The notes below the pieces were generated by a model. The model was not told where the DNA came from, searched no databases, and was given only the letters and a program-made list of their open reading frames with translations. DNA of 64,000 nucleotides from Minutocellus sp. GHC0000111 (Eukaryota), in assembly GCA_977018835.1 (NCBI GenBank), contig OZ361256.1:6758001-6822000 (forward strand), read 5' to 3'. Made by a program: the position numbers and the translations under genes. Positions 11,286 to 23,075 of the stretch are shown here, piece by piece; position 1 is the stretch's first letter, and each line of letters begins with the position of its first letter.

Positions 11286-14200
11286 TTATCGCTTCTTCGA
11301 CCGAGTGTACAGAGAGAGTCCGACAGCACCGACACCGACGATGGCTCCAACCGCCCAAGTATTGCGGTTTCTCGCCAGACTATTTAGACGAGTACGGAAA
11401 GACGCCTCAGACTTGCTCTTGTCGTAGATGGGTAGATCTGCTCGAAGGGTCTGGATTTTGGCAAGATCATTGACGACGACAGTCGAATTGCCACCGCCAC
11501 TGCGGATTTTGACAGGATCGAGGGGGTGAGTGGTGCCGTAGACATACGAAGCCACCTTTGACCTCGAGGACGGATGAGTTAGACGATCAAAGGTGGAAAC
11601 CAAATCCTTTCGCTTGACCTGCCGAATCGCCCCAGCAAGATCCTTGACCGAGTCCCAAGGAAGATCCCCATTGCCAACCTCAGGGCCATACCGAGAAAGT
11701 TTCCCAAACTGATTGCTCGCCTCGCTGGAGAGCTTTTGGAAAGGCTTGAGAAGCTTTGTGCTGAGAGAATTGGTGTAAGTCTCAATCTAGCTCTCTGGCA
11801 TCGCATCGAGCTGCTTGCGGAAGGTAACAAGAAACTCGTCAATACGCTCAGCCACTTCTGTCGGAGGAAGCTTCTTGGATAGAACATTGAAAACGAGAAA
11901 GTCGACAGGGACAGAGTAATGTGGGGTAAATGCCCCGGCAGGTAGCGGCGATGAGAAGCCAAGATCATAGTACGAGGAAACTATGTAGCCCAGAGTTTGC
12001 TTGGTGCGAAGCTCATCGAAGCAAGGTTCTCGGATAATTGTAGAAAGGACGCGGATGGCTGCAGTGCTTTCCAAGCTCTCTTGTGTAGACAGTTCTCTGC
12101 CGCGGAAGCCAGGAATTGACGACTGGTATGTGACGGTTGTTGCACCATTTTCTTCTTGCAGATTCTTGCTAGCGAAATGGAGGTAATAATCAGTACCGGG
12201 TGGGATTCTCCTCTCAATGCCAGCCGGGGTCCATGTCATTGGTGTCGCCTCTCCGTCGCGAACAGACGCGACGAGAGAGCTCGATTCCTGGAAGAATTTC
12301 GTGGCGGTCGATTCCGATACGTTGCCCGTACAGAAGCACTCGATTAGGGTCTCGTTGTTTTCAAGGAGGGATTTGTGGTAGGCCTTGATGCTCTCCATTG
12401 TTACCTTTTCCGTTTCCTCGATCGAGGCATCCAGTGGCTGCCCAACAGATGCCATCAAGAAATCGCGGTAGTATATGGCATGACTATCGGCTCTACGACT
12501 CTCAAAGTAGGTTCGAAGGCTTCGTAGCATCTGATCTCTGGCCGACTCGAGGAAGTGAGCTTGAAGGAATTCGCCGGACGGGTCGTAAAACTGCTTAAGG
12601 ATGGTAATGGCGAGATCAGGGAGTCGATCAGAGAAGCCACTGCACGAGACCTTTACGCCCGCTTGAGTGCAGGAGAGAGACCAATACAGCCCGGCAAGAT
12701 CAGCATCGTAGGTGTTCACCGCCTGACTATCATAAAACATTGAAGCAAGGATTGACGCGTGCACAGATGCCGCAGTATCTTTAACCCACACCCCATGGTC
12801 ATTCTTCACATGGTTGGTCGCTGCGTTGCGTACCACAAAGCTCAAGCTGGCCTTGGGCAAAGCATAGCGGTCATCGAGTCTATGCCACAAACGACCGGTG
12901 GCGGGATCATTAATCAACAAATCAGGAGGGTCGATGGGTTTGTCAATCCGAGGACCCTGCTTTGCTTCATCAGGGAGATCATCGCACAAGTCCAACGTTC
13001 TTGGAATAAAACGATTCGGACGGGGCAGGGCGAGACTGGATGCGTCTACCAATGGCTCCGGATCACCCCGCCAATGCTTGACGGTTTCCGGATCAATGGA
13101 AGAAACGATAAAGTCTAGATCATACCAAGGTTCCTTCACCCAACGAATGCCCTCGCCATCTTTCTTGACCTCAACCTCCTTCCATGCATCTTGACTGCAC
13201 CGCTCGATGACCAAATTGTCTGGCGTCAACCGTGCAACAAAATCGCGGAGCATGTCCATTGGATAGGTGTCAGCAGACTCGTTGAGCATCCTCCCTGCTG
13301 ATAGGCACTGCTCAGTGCCGTATCTAACAATACATTGCGACAATCCAGGTACCGTGTCGTAAACTCCACTGGGAGATGCAGTGTCGAAGAAGATTTTTGA
13401 GAGGGCAATAGACTCCTCCCAATCCCTCACAAGCTCCTTGGAATCCTTGCCGGCAGCATCCTTGAGCAATCGGCAGTGCTGCATAATAACATCCACAATT
13501 TTCTCCCAATTCTTCTCGCCTTCTTCAGTCAGGGCCATATCGATCTGAAAGATGGAAAAGTCAGGACCGGATACGCGGCTACCTGCACTCAACGATGATA
13601 TCCAAGAGCGTTCTTGGAGGAGAGCAAAGGGCGACCCGGCACCTTCATGGCCAAGCAAATGCGACAGCACAGAGCTCGGCGAATCATCGGGCATGTGCGA
13701 GACCGGGGGCATAGGGAACATGAGATTGAGCTTCCTCATTGCCCGGAGAGGCTTGATGGTGTAGCGATAGGGCCACGTAGAGGCAGGATGACCCTTCAAT
13801 TCCTCATCGTTCTTTGCCGCATCACTCCCATACCACGCTCCAGGACGCATCGCCTGGTTGTGATCGGGCACCTTTTTGTCCAACTCGCTCTTGAGCACAC
13901 TTGGAGCATCGGCACTGGCGCTGTGAACCATGCGCTCCGCCTCCGTCATATCCTCCTCATTGTCCGGGAACTCTGGCACTGGCATTTCTGCCACCGGCAT
14001 GATCCATTCCTGAAGCTCATCCAGACTCTGCGGGCCTGCCACGCATACAGTCAAATTGTCAGGGCGATAGTGCTTCCTGTGGAACGCCAGCAGCGCATCC
14101 CGCACATACGTCAACCTCTCCTCCGTGGGCAGCGTCTTGGCATTGCCGGTGCTAAACTTGGTGTAGTAATGATCCGGATCGCACAGGGCCTTGAAAATTT

Positions 14201-14827
14201 GCAGCCGACGACGTCCATCGGCGGTCAGATTCTTGGAGTTCTCGCTATCCACGGCATTGACCTCCCTCCCGGTGCCACTCTCGGTAAACAAGGGTGCGAC
14301 AAAAAAAACTGCAGAAACATGTCCAGGGCCTTTTCGGCATGCGGCGGGAGGACCTCAAACTTGTAGGTTGTCATGTGCATACTGGTGGAGGCATTGGACC
14401 GCCCGCCATGGGCCGCCAAGTATGACTTGTAGTCATTTTCACCTTTTACAGGAGGAAGAATGAAAATATGGTGAGCCTAATCGCCAGATGCGAGCTGCAA
14501 ACAAAGCATCACTTTACCACTTTACTTGTGATCCGAGCACTCACCGGGATACTTCTTGGAGCCAAGGAAGCACATGTGCTCGCAGAAGTGTGCCAATCCA
14601 GAGAGCTACCGGGGATCCTGCGCCGCCCCGACTGCAGTGGTGGCCCCAGCGGCGGTCGTCTTGGCCTGGGGGTCGTGAACGAGCCAAATTGTTACCCCGT
14701 TCGACAGACGGAGGGTCCGAAAATCCCTCCAGTCGGCATCGCCCTTGATCGGCGTCGGCAGGAGCGTAAAGCTTGGCGGTGCCTGGTCCCCGGTGCCGCC
14801 GTTAGCGGCGGTATCTTCGGAGCCCAT
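11286..14827 (-). CDS. M16A insulinase/IDE-like zinc metallopeptidase; intron 14544-14443; frameshift near 14300; in-frame TAG at 14606-14608 and 11787-11789
   Basis: GLAHFCEHMCFLGSKKYP (HxxEH), SNASTS, REVNAVDSE, HLLGHEG and FDELRTKQTLGY; C-terminal TM tail before the TAA at 11286. Confidence 0.9.
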
Positions 14828-15116
14828 GGTGGCCGGGCGTTTTTGAGCCAGTTTTTTTAGAGCCATCGCCAGATAGATGGCGATTTGGTCTGTCCGTCGT
14901 CCCCATCGGGGAGCGGAGTGTCAGGATTTGCAGATTGTACATAGGCCTACATGTACATTTGCGGCTGGCTTTGCTTGTCCTACCTTCTTCGCTCCTCATC
15001 TACTGATTATGTCGATCCTATAAACGTCTACGTAGAAAATCGATATACATGTAGCAAGAGCTCGAGCTAGATAACCTTGAATTTGAATGTTATGATAGCT
15101 TGATTTATATCCCCTC

Positions 15117-17831
15117 TTACCCACCTTTCTTGGCCTTCTTGGCAAGAAGTCGAGCTTTCATTTTATTCTCTTCATCGTCACCTCCCTCTTCCGTATTTCC
15201 ACCGGTATCACCTTCACTGGCGCTGGCTTCAGCCTCGGCCTTTCTCTTCTTCTCTGCTGCCAACTTTGCCTTCTTCTCTTCCAGAGCGGCCTTCTTAGCG
15301 AGAAGCTTGGCCTTCATTGCACTCATCTTCTCACCGGCATTGTCACTACTGGCACCACCTCCAGCCGAGGAAGACTCGGCTGCCACTACAACCTTGGGGG
15401 GTATTTCTGGCTCAGTGTTGGCAGCCGTGACGACCTCAGGGACGCCATCACTCTTCTTATCATATGCAACGACCTCGATAGGAGGTCCATCTGCAGGGGC
15501 ACCGGCGACACCGGTGTCCTCAAGCGCAGAAGCCTTGGCATCATTATTGGAGATGACCTCCTCGAGGGACTTGACCTTGGCCGCGAGCTCACTACCGGCT
15601 TTTGCCGCGATATCCAATTCAATCTTGGCTTGGTTCGCTTCTTCACGTAGATTCTTGTTATCCTGAGACAACTTCTCGATCTCATCGGTCAACTTCTTCG
15701 TCTGTTCCTTTTGGTCAGATTCGGACGATGCTTTGAATTTCAGATACTGCTCATGATTGGCCTTCTCCTTCTCAAGTTCTTCGGACAACGCAGCACTTTC
15801 CTTCTTGGCCGCGTCCAGATCCTGCTTGTGTTGACCAACGTCGTTCTGGAGCTGTTCGGATGAAGCTTTCAGTTTTTCCAGAGCCTCCTGTCCGGCGGTC
15901 TTCTCCTTCATTGCATCTTCAAGCTGGGCCATGAGGGTAGCAATCTGATCGTTGGATTCGGACAACTCATTACGGAGGCCGGCGGTAGCGTCGGCTGTGG
16001 CAACATCCTCGGTAGCCGAATCCACAGATGCTGCATTTTCCATCTACAAATGAATATGATGTGGTGGTATCAAGGTGGTTTGTATAAGATATACGGATGA
16101 GAGAAGAACTTTGGTATGATGTAATGTACAACGAAAGTCGCATACATTCGATATCAGATAGATGGCACTTACCTCCTCCAAGCTCTCCCTGAGCCGCTTC
16201 ACTTCCTCTTCGGCGCATTCCAGCTCGTCCTCCTTCTCGGCCAGTTCCTCCGTAAGCCGTTCGATCTTCTCATCCTTCATCTTGTCTGCCGCCGTCGGCT
16301 TGCCCTTGCTAGCCTTGGCCTTCTTGTCGGCGGCCGCAGCAGCGGCGCTTGCGGCGGCGGCACTCTCCGCGGCCTTGGCGGCCCGATCGTTGGCATCGAC
16401 CAGTTCGGTCTTTTGGCCTCGAGTTGAGACTTGACCTCGGCTAACTCCTTTTGCAGGGCTTCGATTTCAGCTGCCGATGCACCACCGCCCTCCTCTTCTT
16501 CGGCTGCCTCCTCTCTGGCGACAAGGGCGGCGGCCACCTCCTCCTTGGCCGTCTCGAGCTCGGCCTCCCTACTGCGCAGGCATTTGGTCGCCTCGGCAAG
16601 CTTCTTCTGGATGAGCTCCGACTGCTTCTTGTAGCTCTTGGCCAGCTTGTCATTCTTCTCGACCAATCCCTTGGTTTCCTCTAGCTCCCTCTTGGCATCG
16701 GCCAATTCCCTATCTTTGGCCCCAAGCTTCTCCTCCAGGGCCTTTTCCTCAATTTCCATCGCTTCACCGGCCTTTTCGGTATCGGCCCGGGCCTCCTCCA
16801 GAGCACTCTCCGCCTCCTCGAGCTTGGCCGTCAGCTCCTTCCTAACATTCTCCGTCTCCTCACGGCACTTTTCAAGGGTCTCATCTCGATCGGCAATCTG
16901 ATCGACGAGTTCCGTAATCTTTTTCTCGAAGGCATCCCGCTCTTCCTTGGTGGTCGTCAACTTGGCCCGTAGCTCCTCGGCCTCGGACTGACTCTGCTCC
17001 GCCTGCGATTGGCATTCTCGCGCCTCCTCCAACGCCTCCATCAGATCCATCCGCAATTCTTCCACGGTGCCCTCCTGCGCCCTGGCCGACCGTTCGGCCT
17101 CCTCCTGCCGCTCCTTGGTGCTCTGCAGGGTGCGTTCCAGTATGGCAACCCCCCCCCTCCAGCTTGGTCCGTTCGGCATCCAGCACGGCCTTCTGACGGG
17201 CCATATCCCGCTCCATCTCCTCCACCTTGCGTTTGAGAGACGACACCTCGGCGTCCAACCTGCCGGCCCGTTGGAGGGCCCCATCCTTTTCTCCGCGGAT
17301 CGCCTCCATATCCTTGTTTCGGAGGCCGATTTGCCGTCCCATGTAGGATTTCGTCGCCACTAGCTCGGATTCCACCTTGGCCAGCTTTTCCTCCAGAGTT
17401 TTGCGCAACGCCAGGCTGCCCGCTAGCTGCGATTGCATCTCGTCGGCTTGGGTGGTGGCGGCCTGGAGCTTGGCCTCCACGGCGCTTCGCTGCTGCTCGG
17501 CCGCCGTTTGGGCTGATTTGGCTTGGACAATTTCTTGACGGAGCGCATGGACGACCTGTTCATGAGAGGATAGGGTCGTGCTGAGGGCGGATCGCGAGGC
17601 GGCCAGGTCGGAACGGAGACCAATGAGCTCATTCTGGAGGGCACCCTGGGTGATGATGGAGGTGGTGGTGGTAGCGGTGCTTGCTGTGTCAGCGGCAGCG
17701 GCGGTGGTGTTGGTATTGGTCGTCGGATTAGTTGTGCCGGTTGCTATGCTGGCCCGCAGAGCGGCCAGAGTCGAGAGGAAGGAATCACTTCCTCCCCCGG
17801 CCGACTCGGTTGCTGCAGCGGCTGGAGGCAT
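15117..17831 (-). CDS. Long coiled-coil protein of unknown function; intron 16172-16044; at least two frameshifts (~17150, ~16410)
   Basis: Successive E/K/A-rich heptad ORFs (17831, 17284, 16280, 16043) on one strand, linked by a homopolymer slip and a GT-AG intron. Confidence 0.75.
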
Positions 17832-18114
17832 GACTGTTGCTGATGATTTAGCCGGGGTATCTTGTGATGGCTTCTCGATTGCGGGAGGTCAGTGGCGGGC
17901 CCGCCATTGCATCGCATCAAAATGTAAGCAACCCGGAGAATGAGGTCTGCGGCTGCACTTTCGGCACGCCGAGATGCGTCTGCACAAAGATACGGCGGCA
18001 TTTTTCACGTGTTCCTCCGACCAACCAATGAGACGCCCACCTACGCCACCAAGAGTTGAAACATAAGTGACATATATCGCGCTCTAATCGATTGTCTACC
18101 GTACTCTTGTACGT

Positions 18115-20250
18115 ATGGAATTTCCAGCTCGCCCCCCTGCAACCCCCAAAATAAACGCGATGGCCGGCCCACCGGAGCGACCGCGCTCCCCTTCTTCAAA
18201 CCCTCCACGCCCCGGAGTCTCATCGAGGTCCAAAGTCCCGGCGGTACCAAAACGCTCAAGAAGAAGGCCAAGCCATCCGACGAGGCCAAGAGTGGCATCG
18301 GTGGGACCGTCGCCAACTTGGTCACGTGCATTGTGGGAAGTGGCATCGTCGGTGTGCCCTTTGCCTTGCGAGAGGCCGGGCTGGTCGCCGGCAGCTGCAT
18401 GGTCGTCCTGTGTGCGTTGCTGACCGACAAGAGTTTGCGGATGCTGATCGATACGGCCAAGTATGCCGACGTGCCTTCGTACGAAACCTTGATGGAGGGT
18501 GAGTGTTCATAGTTCGTTGTGCTCATTTATTTATTTGTCGTGCCTGCAATGATGCGAATGCGAATGCATATCAAATGCGAACCGCTACTCACATCACAAC
18601 CAACCGCACATTTCTACACCACTGCAAAAGCCGCCTTTGGTCGATTCGGATTCATCTTCATTAGCGTCAACATGTTTGTGAGTTCCTTCGGTGGATGTTT
18701 GAGCTATCTGATATTGATTAAGGACACCATTCCCTTGCTGTTCTGAGTGGACATTGACAACGAACCAGTAAAGCGCGCCATCTTGGTAGTTGCCAGTATG
18801 ACCATCAGCCTGCCTCTGGCCATGCAACGGGATATGGCCAACCTGTCCAAAACTTCCGTGATTAGTGCACTCTTTGACACGCTGATGATTGGTGTGATTG
18901 TGTTTTTTGCCCCGATACGAGAGTCGGTGGCATCTGCCGGGGGAATCAAGGAGGTCTTGTCCAACTCGATTATTCGTGGTGATACTATGTTTGTTGGGCT
19001 TGGGGTGCTGTCCTTTGCCTTTGTGTGTCAGGATTCCGCCTTTATCATTGCCGGGTCGTTAGACACGCCCACCAAGGAACGGTGGTCGAAGGTAACCGGC
19101 CTCGCTCTGACGTTTTGTGGAACGCTATCGCTGATATGTGGCATCTCGGGATATCTGGCATTTCAGATGGAGACGGAGGGCAACGTATTGAACAACTTTG
19201 AGGGATCCGACACTCAGATTGCCGCCACGGTGGCCCGTGCCCTCCTGGGATCGACCATGTTCTTTGTCTACCCGGTGGCCTCATATGTGGTCCGTCACGT
19301 TTTTGTGGTACTGCTCTTTGAAGGACGAAGTGCTCACGAGGGTGATGACCACCGAATCCTTGGCAGAAGAGACCGGCGGATGGCCCTTACGCTTTTCATT
19401 TACCTGCTCGCCCTTGTCCCTGCCATATTTTTCAACGACGTTGGGCTTGTGTTGTCCTTTGCTGGTGCCATTGCCGGGTCTTGTCTAAGTTACATCGGCC
19501 CTGGTTCTGCTTACATCGCTGTGCACGGTGAAGACATTCGAGTACTCATAAAGGGATGGTTTGGTGGCAACAAATTCTCGGCCTACATGGTCAATTACCC
19601 AGCTGATGAGTCCTCTATCTTTGATGCTGGTAGTAGCGAAACGGAATTGACACCTCTGAGTGGTACAAAGGACGATGCTTCGGCAGAAGACGACGAAACA
19701 TCGGCATCACAATCATCAACGTCTCCAATATATCTCTTCAATTTTTGGCTTTGTCGCCTGGTACTTGTTCCTTTTCCCGTGTTGGACCGCCTTGGCAGAG
19801 TATGGTACGAAACGACTGGCACAATTCAAAGAAGAGGAGGCCATGAAAAGTCCTCGAATCAACCGATTAGAAACCCCCAAGGCAAATCGTAGTGAGGTCG
19901 GCGGAAAAGCAAGGCTTTTGCCGCCAAGAGCACAACAGGCGGCGACAGACGACGACCTCCATCATTTCCGAAGAATAAATTCAGATGACTACCAAGGACG
20001 CTTCTCGGGAGAGCAGGAACATATAGCTCCCGCATCCTACGGCGCAACTGGTTATGGCAACCAGGCCATTGCAAAAGCAATATCTCGAAAGAATTCAGCA
20101 GCGGCATCAGCATCAGTGGCAGAGGCAGGCAAGGTTGACGATAAATCTCTGCAAGAAAGCCTCGTTCGCGATTTCATGATATCCATTTTGATGATCATTG
20201 GAGGGACAATTGCCATGTGCCTCGGAGTATATACGACGTTGATTCCCTAA
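18115..20250 (+). CDS. Amino-acid transporter (Aa_trans/SLC38-like); intron 18499-18630; in-frame TGA at 18744-18746; frameshifts near 18135 and 19750
   Basis: ANLVTCIVGSGIVGVPFA, LSFAFVCQ, GYLAF and GNVLNNF motifs with multiple TM segments. Confidence 0.9.
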
Positions 20251-20337
20251 AGAATGCGGAGGTGTTGACTACCCCTTAGTTACAGCTTAAAAAAAATACC
20301 AAGCTACGACCGAGGCGATCTTAGAAGTTAGCTAGGC

Positions 20338-22622
20338 CTACAAATTATTGAGGAACGAAGAGACAAGGCTAATGATTTCCTCCTTGTCCACAGGGGCTCC
20401 GTCAGAATCGTCGGCACCAATCGATGGTGCAAAGCTGTCCGGCGATAAGCCCACACACTCGGCGCCGCTTGATATCGTCTCATTTCTGAAACAAACGCCC
20501 AGATGTGAAGCAAAATCATCGGTGCTTCGTACCGTACCCAGGCCAGGGCCCATTCCCTGAAGCTGACTTTTTACAACATCAATAGATTTCTTGCGTTGTT
20601 CTTGAACCACGAGTTCCGATTTGCTTGAACCCGAACCTTCCCCCGGAGCACTGGTTACTTTGGTGTCTTCTTGAATGGTCGGTCGGTGATCCCTGGTCCA
20701 TTTGTGATAACAGACGCTTTGAGCAGGAGAGAAAAAGTCGTATCCATGAGTATACAACCGCACCGCCATGCTCATTTCTTCACCAAAGAAGAGATGATGG
20801 AGGGTACCATCATAAGGACAATCTTTGATGACAGATGCCGACGAGAAATTGAAGCCGGCTGCATAAAGAGGGCATGGGATTACATCGGACGTCTCATTCA
20901 AGAGCCTTCCCTTTTGGCGAAGCATGCCATCGCAAAACTTCCAAGGTACAAGGATTGTGCTCCTGGTCTCATTGTTGACGCATTCCGCCGCCCCATTGGC
21001 ATCAAGGACATAGGCCGGTGGATATGCCGTCAGCACCGACTTCTCAGAATTGGGACACTGAGAGATTTGCTCCAATAGGTATTCGTCCCAATTTTTACGG
21101 AAACGCATGTGAGAGTCAATCTGCAAGATGTACTCCTCACCACGGTGCAGCGTCTGCGCCGTTGCCCGGGCGAGACAAGGACCCGTAGCATGACGATAGT
21201 CAAGTGTCAGTTGACGAACATTTGTCGTGGACCACGTATCATTTGGGAGTGGAACGTCAAGACATGCCGAGTCAGCATTCGCTGGCGAAGTATCTATCTG
21301 CCACACAACACCAACATAAATGCGTTCGGGGTACGTTGCTGTCTCATAAAGCGAGCAGATTGTTCTGTTTGTTCGGGATCTCGGTAGGCAGGAATGGTTA
21401 CAAAGATCCTAGGATGATCCTCGGCATCATTGGGAGAGCTGGATTTGTTGATGGGCAAGGGTGGAGGAGGGTCGCGAATGGTCCTTGGCGACTGATGGGA
21501 TGATCCCTTTCTTGTTTCTTTGTCACTCAAAAGCGCAGGAACGGTATTATCGACTTTTACTCCCGGCTTGATATCGCCATACATCCAAACGGTAATCGCA
21601 GTCCTCTCCCTCCTCAGACTTGGCAGGACCTCATGCTCGACCAAATCCGATCGAAATATCACCAGCCGGTCCGAATAGGGTGTGGCATCGCAATACTGTT
21701 CCCCGGCGCCTGTGGTATTGCTTGGTCCTGGACGATAAATCCTCAGAGCACCGCCGTCCGCTTCGGCATCCCAATCTGCCGGAGTTAGGTAGTACACGGC
21801 CGTAATAATGCGCTTCTTTACCTTCTTGGCTGAACTGTTGATATTGTCGTCATTGGTATCTGCACTAACAGGTTCCGAGGCGCAACGATTTCCCCGATCA
21901 CAGTGCCTGGGATAACCACTTGTCCCATCCCCCGGATATGTTGCCACCTGTACTGAGGTTAGGTCGGTATCAATATCCAGCACATGACCCAGCTGACCTT
22001 GGGCCGTGTGCTCAATGGCTGTAACGAGATTTCACAAGGCTGGACAACGATGGGCAAAGGTAATGTCGTAGTTGGCATTGAGACTTGGTCGGTGCAGTAT
22101 GCGGGGAATGAATGCCGATCGGTCTCCCCTAACCATTACACTCTCATCTGTATTGCCAATTGTACCTCCGAAACTTCCCAATAGAGACGACAGGGCATCG
22201 GACTGGACCTCCATTGCCGTCCTTGCCGGTTTGAGGTTGGAGATAATTCCCTCCTCTTGGAGGGCCTGCACTTCTTTCAGGATTTGGGCTGGTGTATACC
22301 TTTTAGATGGCGATGAAGACGATGATGACTTACAGCAACTACCACGAAGGACGTGGTCGAGTATGTCAAAGTAGGGGCAAGCAGCATGAGAATCGTTGGC
22401 AGAAGAGAGGGAAGGGCAGAGGAGCAGATGCGTCGTGGATGGAGTCCAAGAGGGCAGTGCGAGGTCGAGCTTATCTCTGCTGTTGGTAGATACGCCCTCA
22501 TCGCCATCTATAGAGCCTTCGCACAACGACAATGCTTCATCGCCATCGCCACCATCGTTCAGCTCAGGTAGGACCGACTCGTCGGAGTCATCGGGGGGCG
22601 GTACTGCCGGCGAGTCGCTCAT
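20338..22622 (-). CDS. Fusion of an EGLN/PhyA-type 2OG-Fe(II) prolyl 4-hydroxylase and a GT60 (Gnt1-like) hydroxyproline GlcNAc-transferase; frameshifted
   Basis: VATYPGDGTSGYPRHCD, ITAVYYL, DRLVIFRS..EHEVLP and RTAITVW continue in the same ORF into RIFVTIPAYRDPE. The downstream frame has LQIDSHMRF, AAGFNF and LFFGEE. Confidence 0.85.
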
Positions 22623-23075
22623 CTTTCCCCGCCCGGCAGCAGCAAGAATGAAACGAATTGCAGGCGGAAATGGTCTGTCCGCCGCCGACCATGCTCGAAG
22701 CTCTGCGCTGCTGCGTGGTTCTCTGGCTGGAGACAATCGAAAGAGCGATTATGGCCGCAGATCTTCAGCTGAGATGCTGTCAGCGGCATGATCCATACTT
22801 CTGCCGATGTTGCCGAAAGGGACGGGCTAATCAAGGGCCATAGCACCGACGAGAAGAGGCCTAGCCAAAGAAAGTAATGTGATGTACGAACTCATAACAT
22901 ATGTAAATATATCTCATGGCAAATATTGTCTAATAGAGCCTGCACAGTACCGGTAGAGACAAAGCTTGAAGCAAATGGTACCTCATGGCAAAATTTAGAA
23001 TGCAATTGTAGACATCTGATAGATGGCGTACATGCACTCTATGCAAAAAACCCAAAATATCAAAAATCAGTGTGG

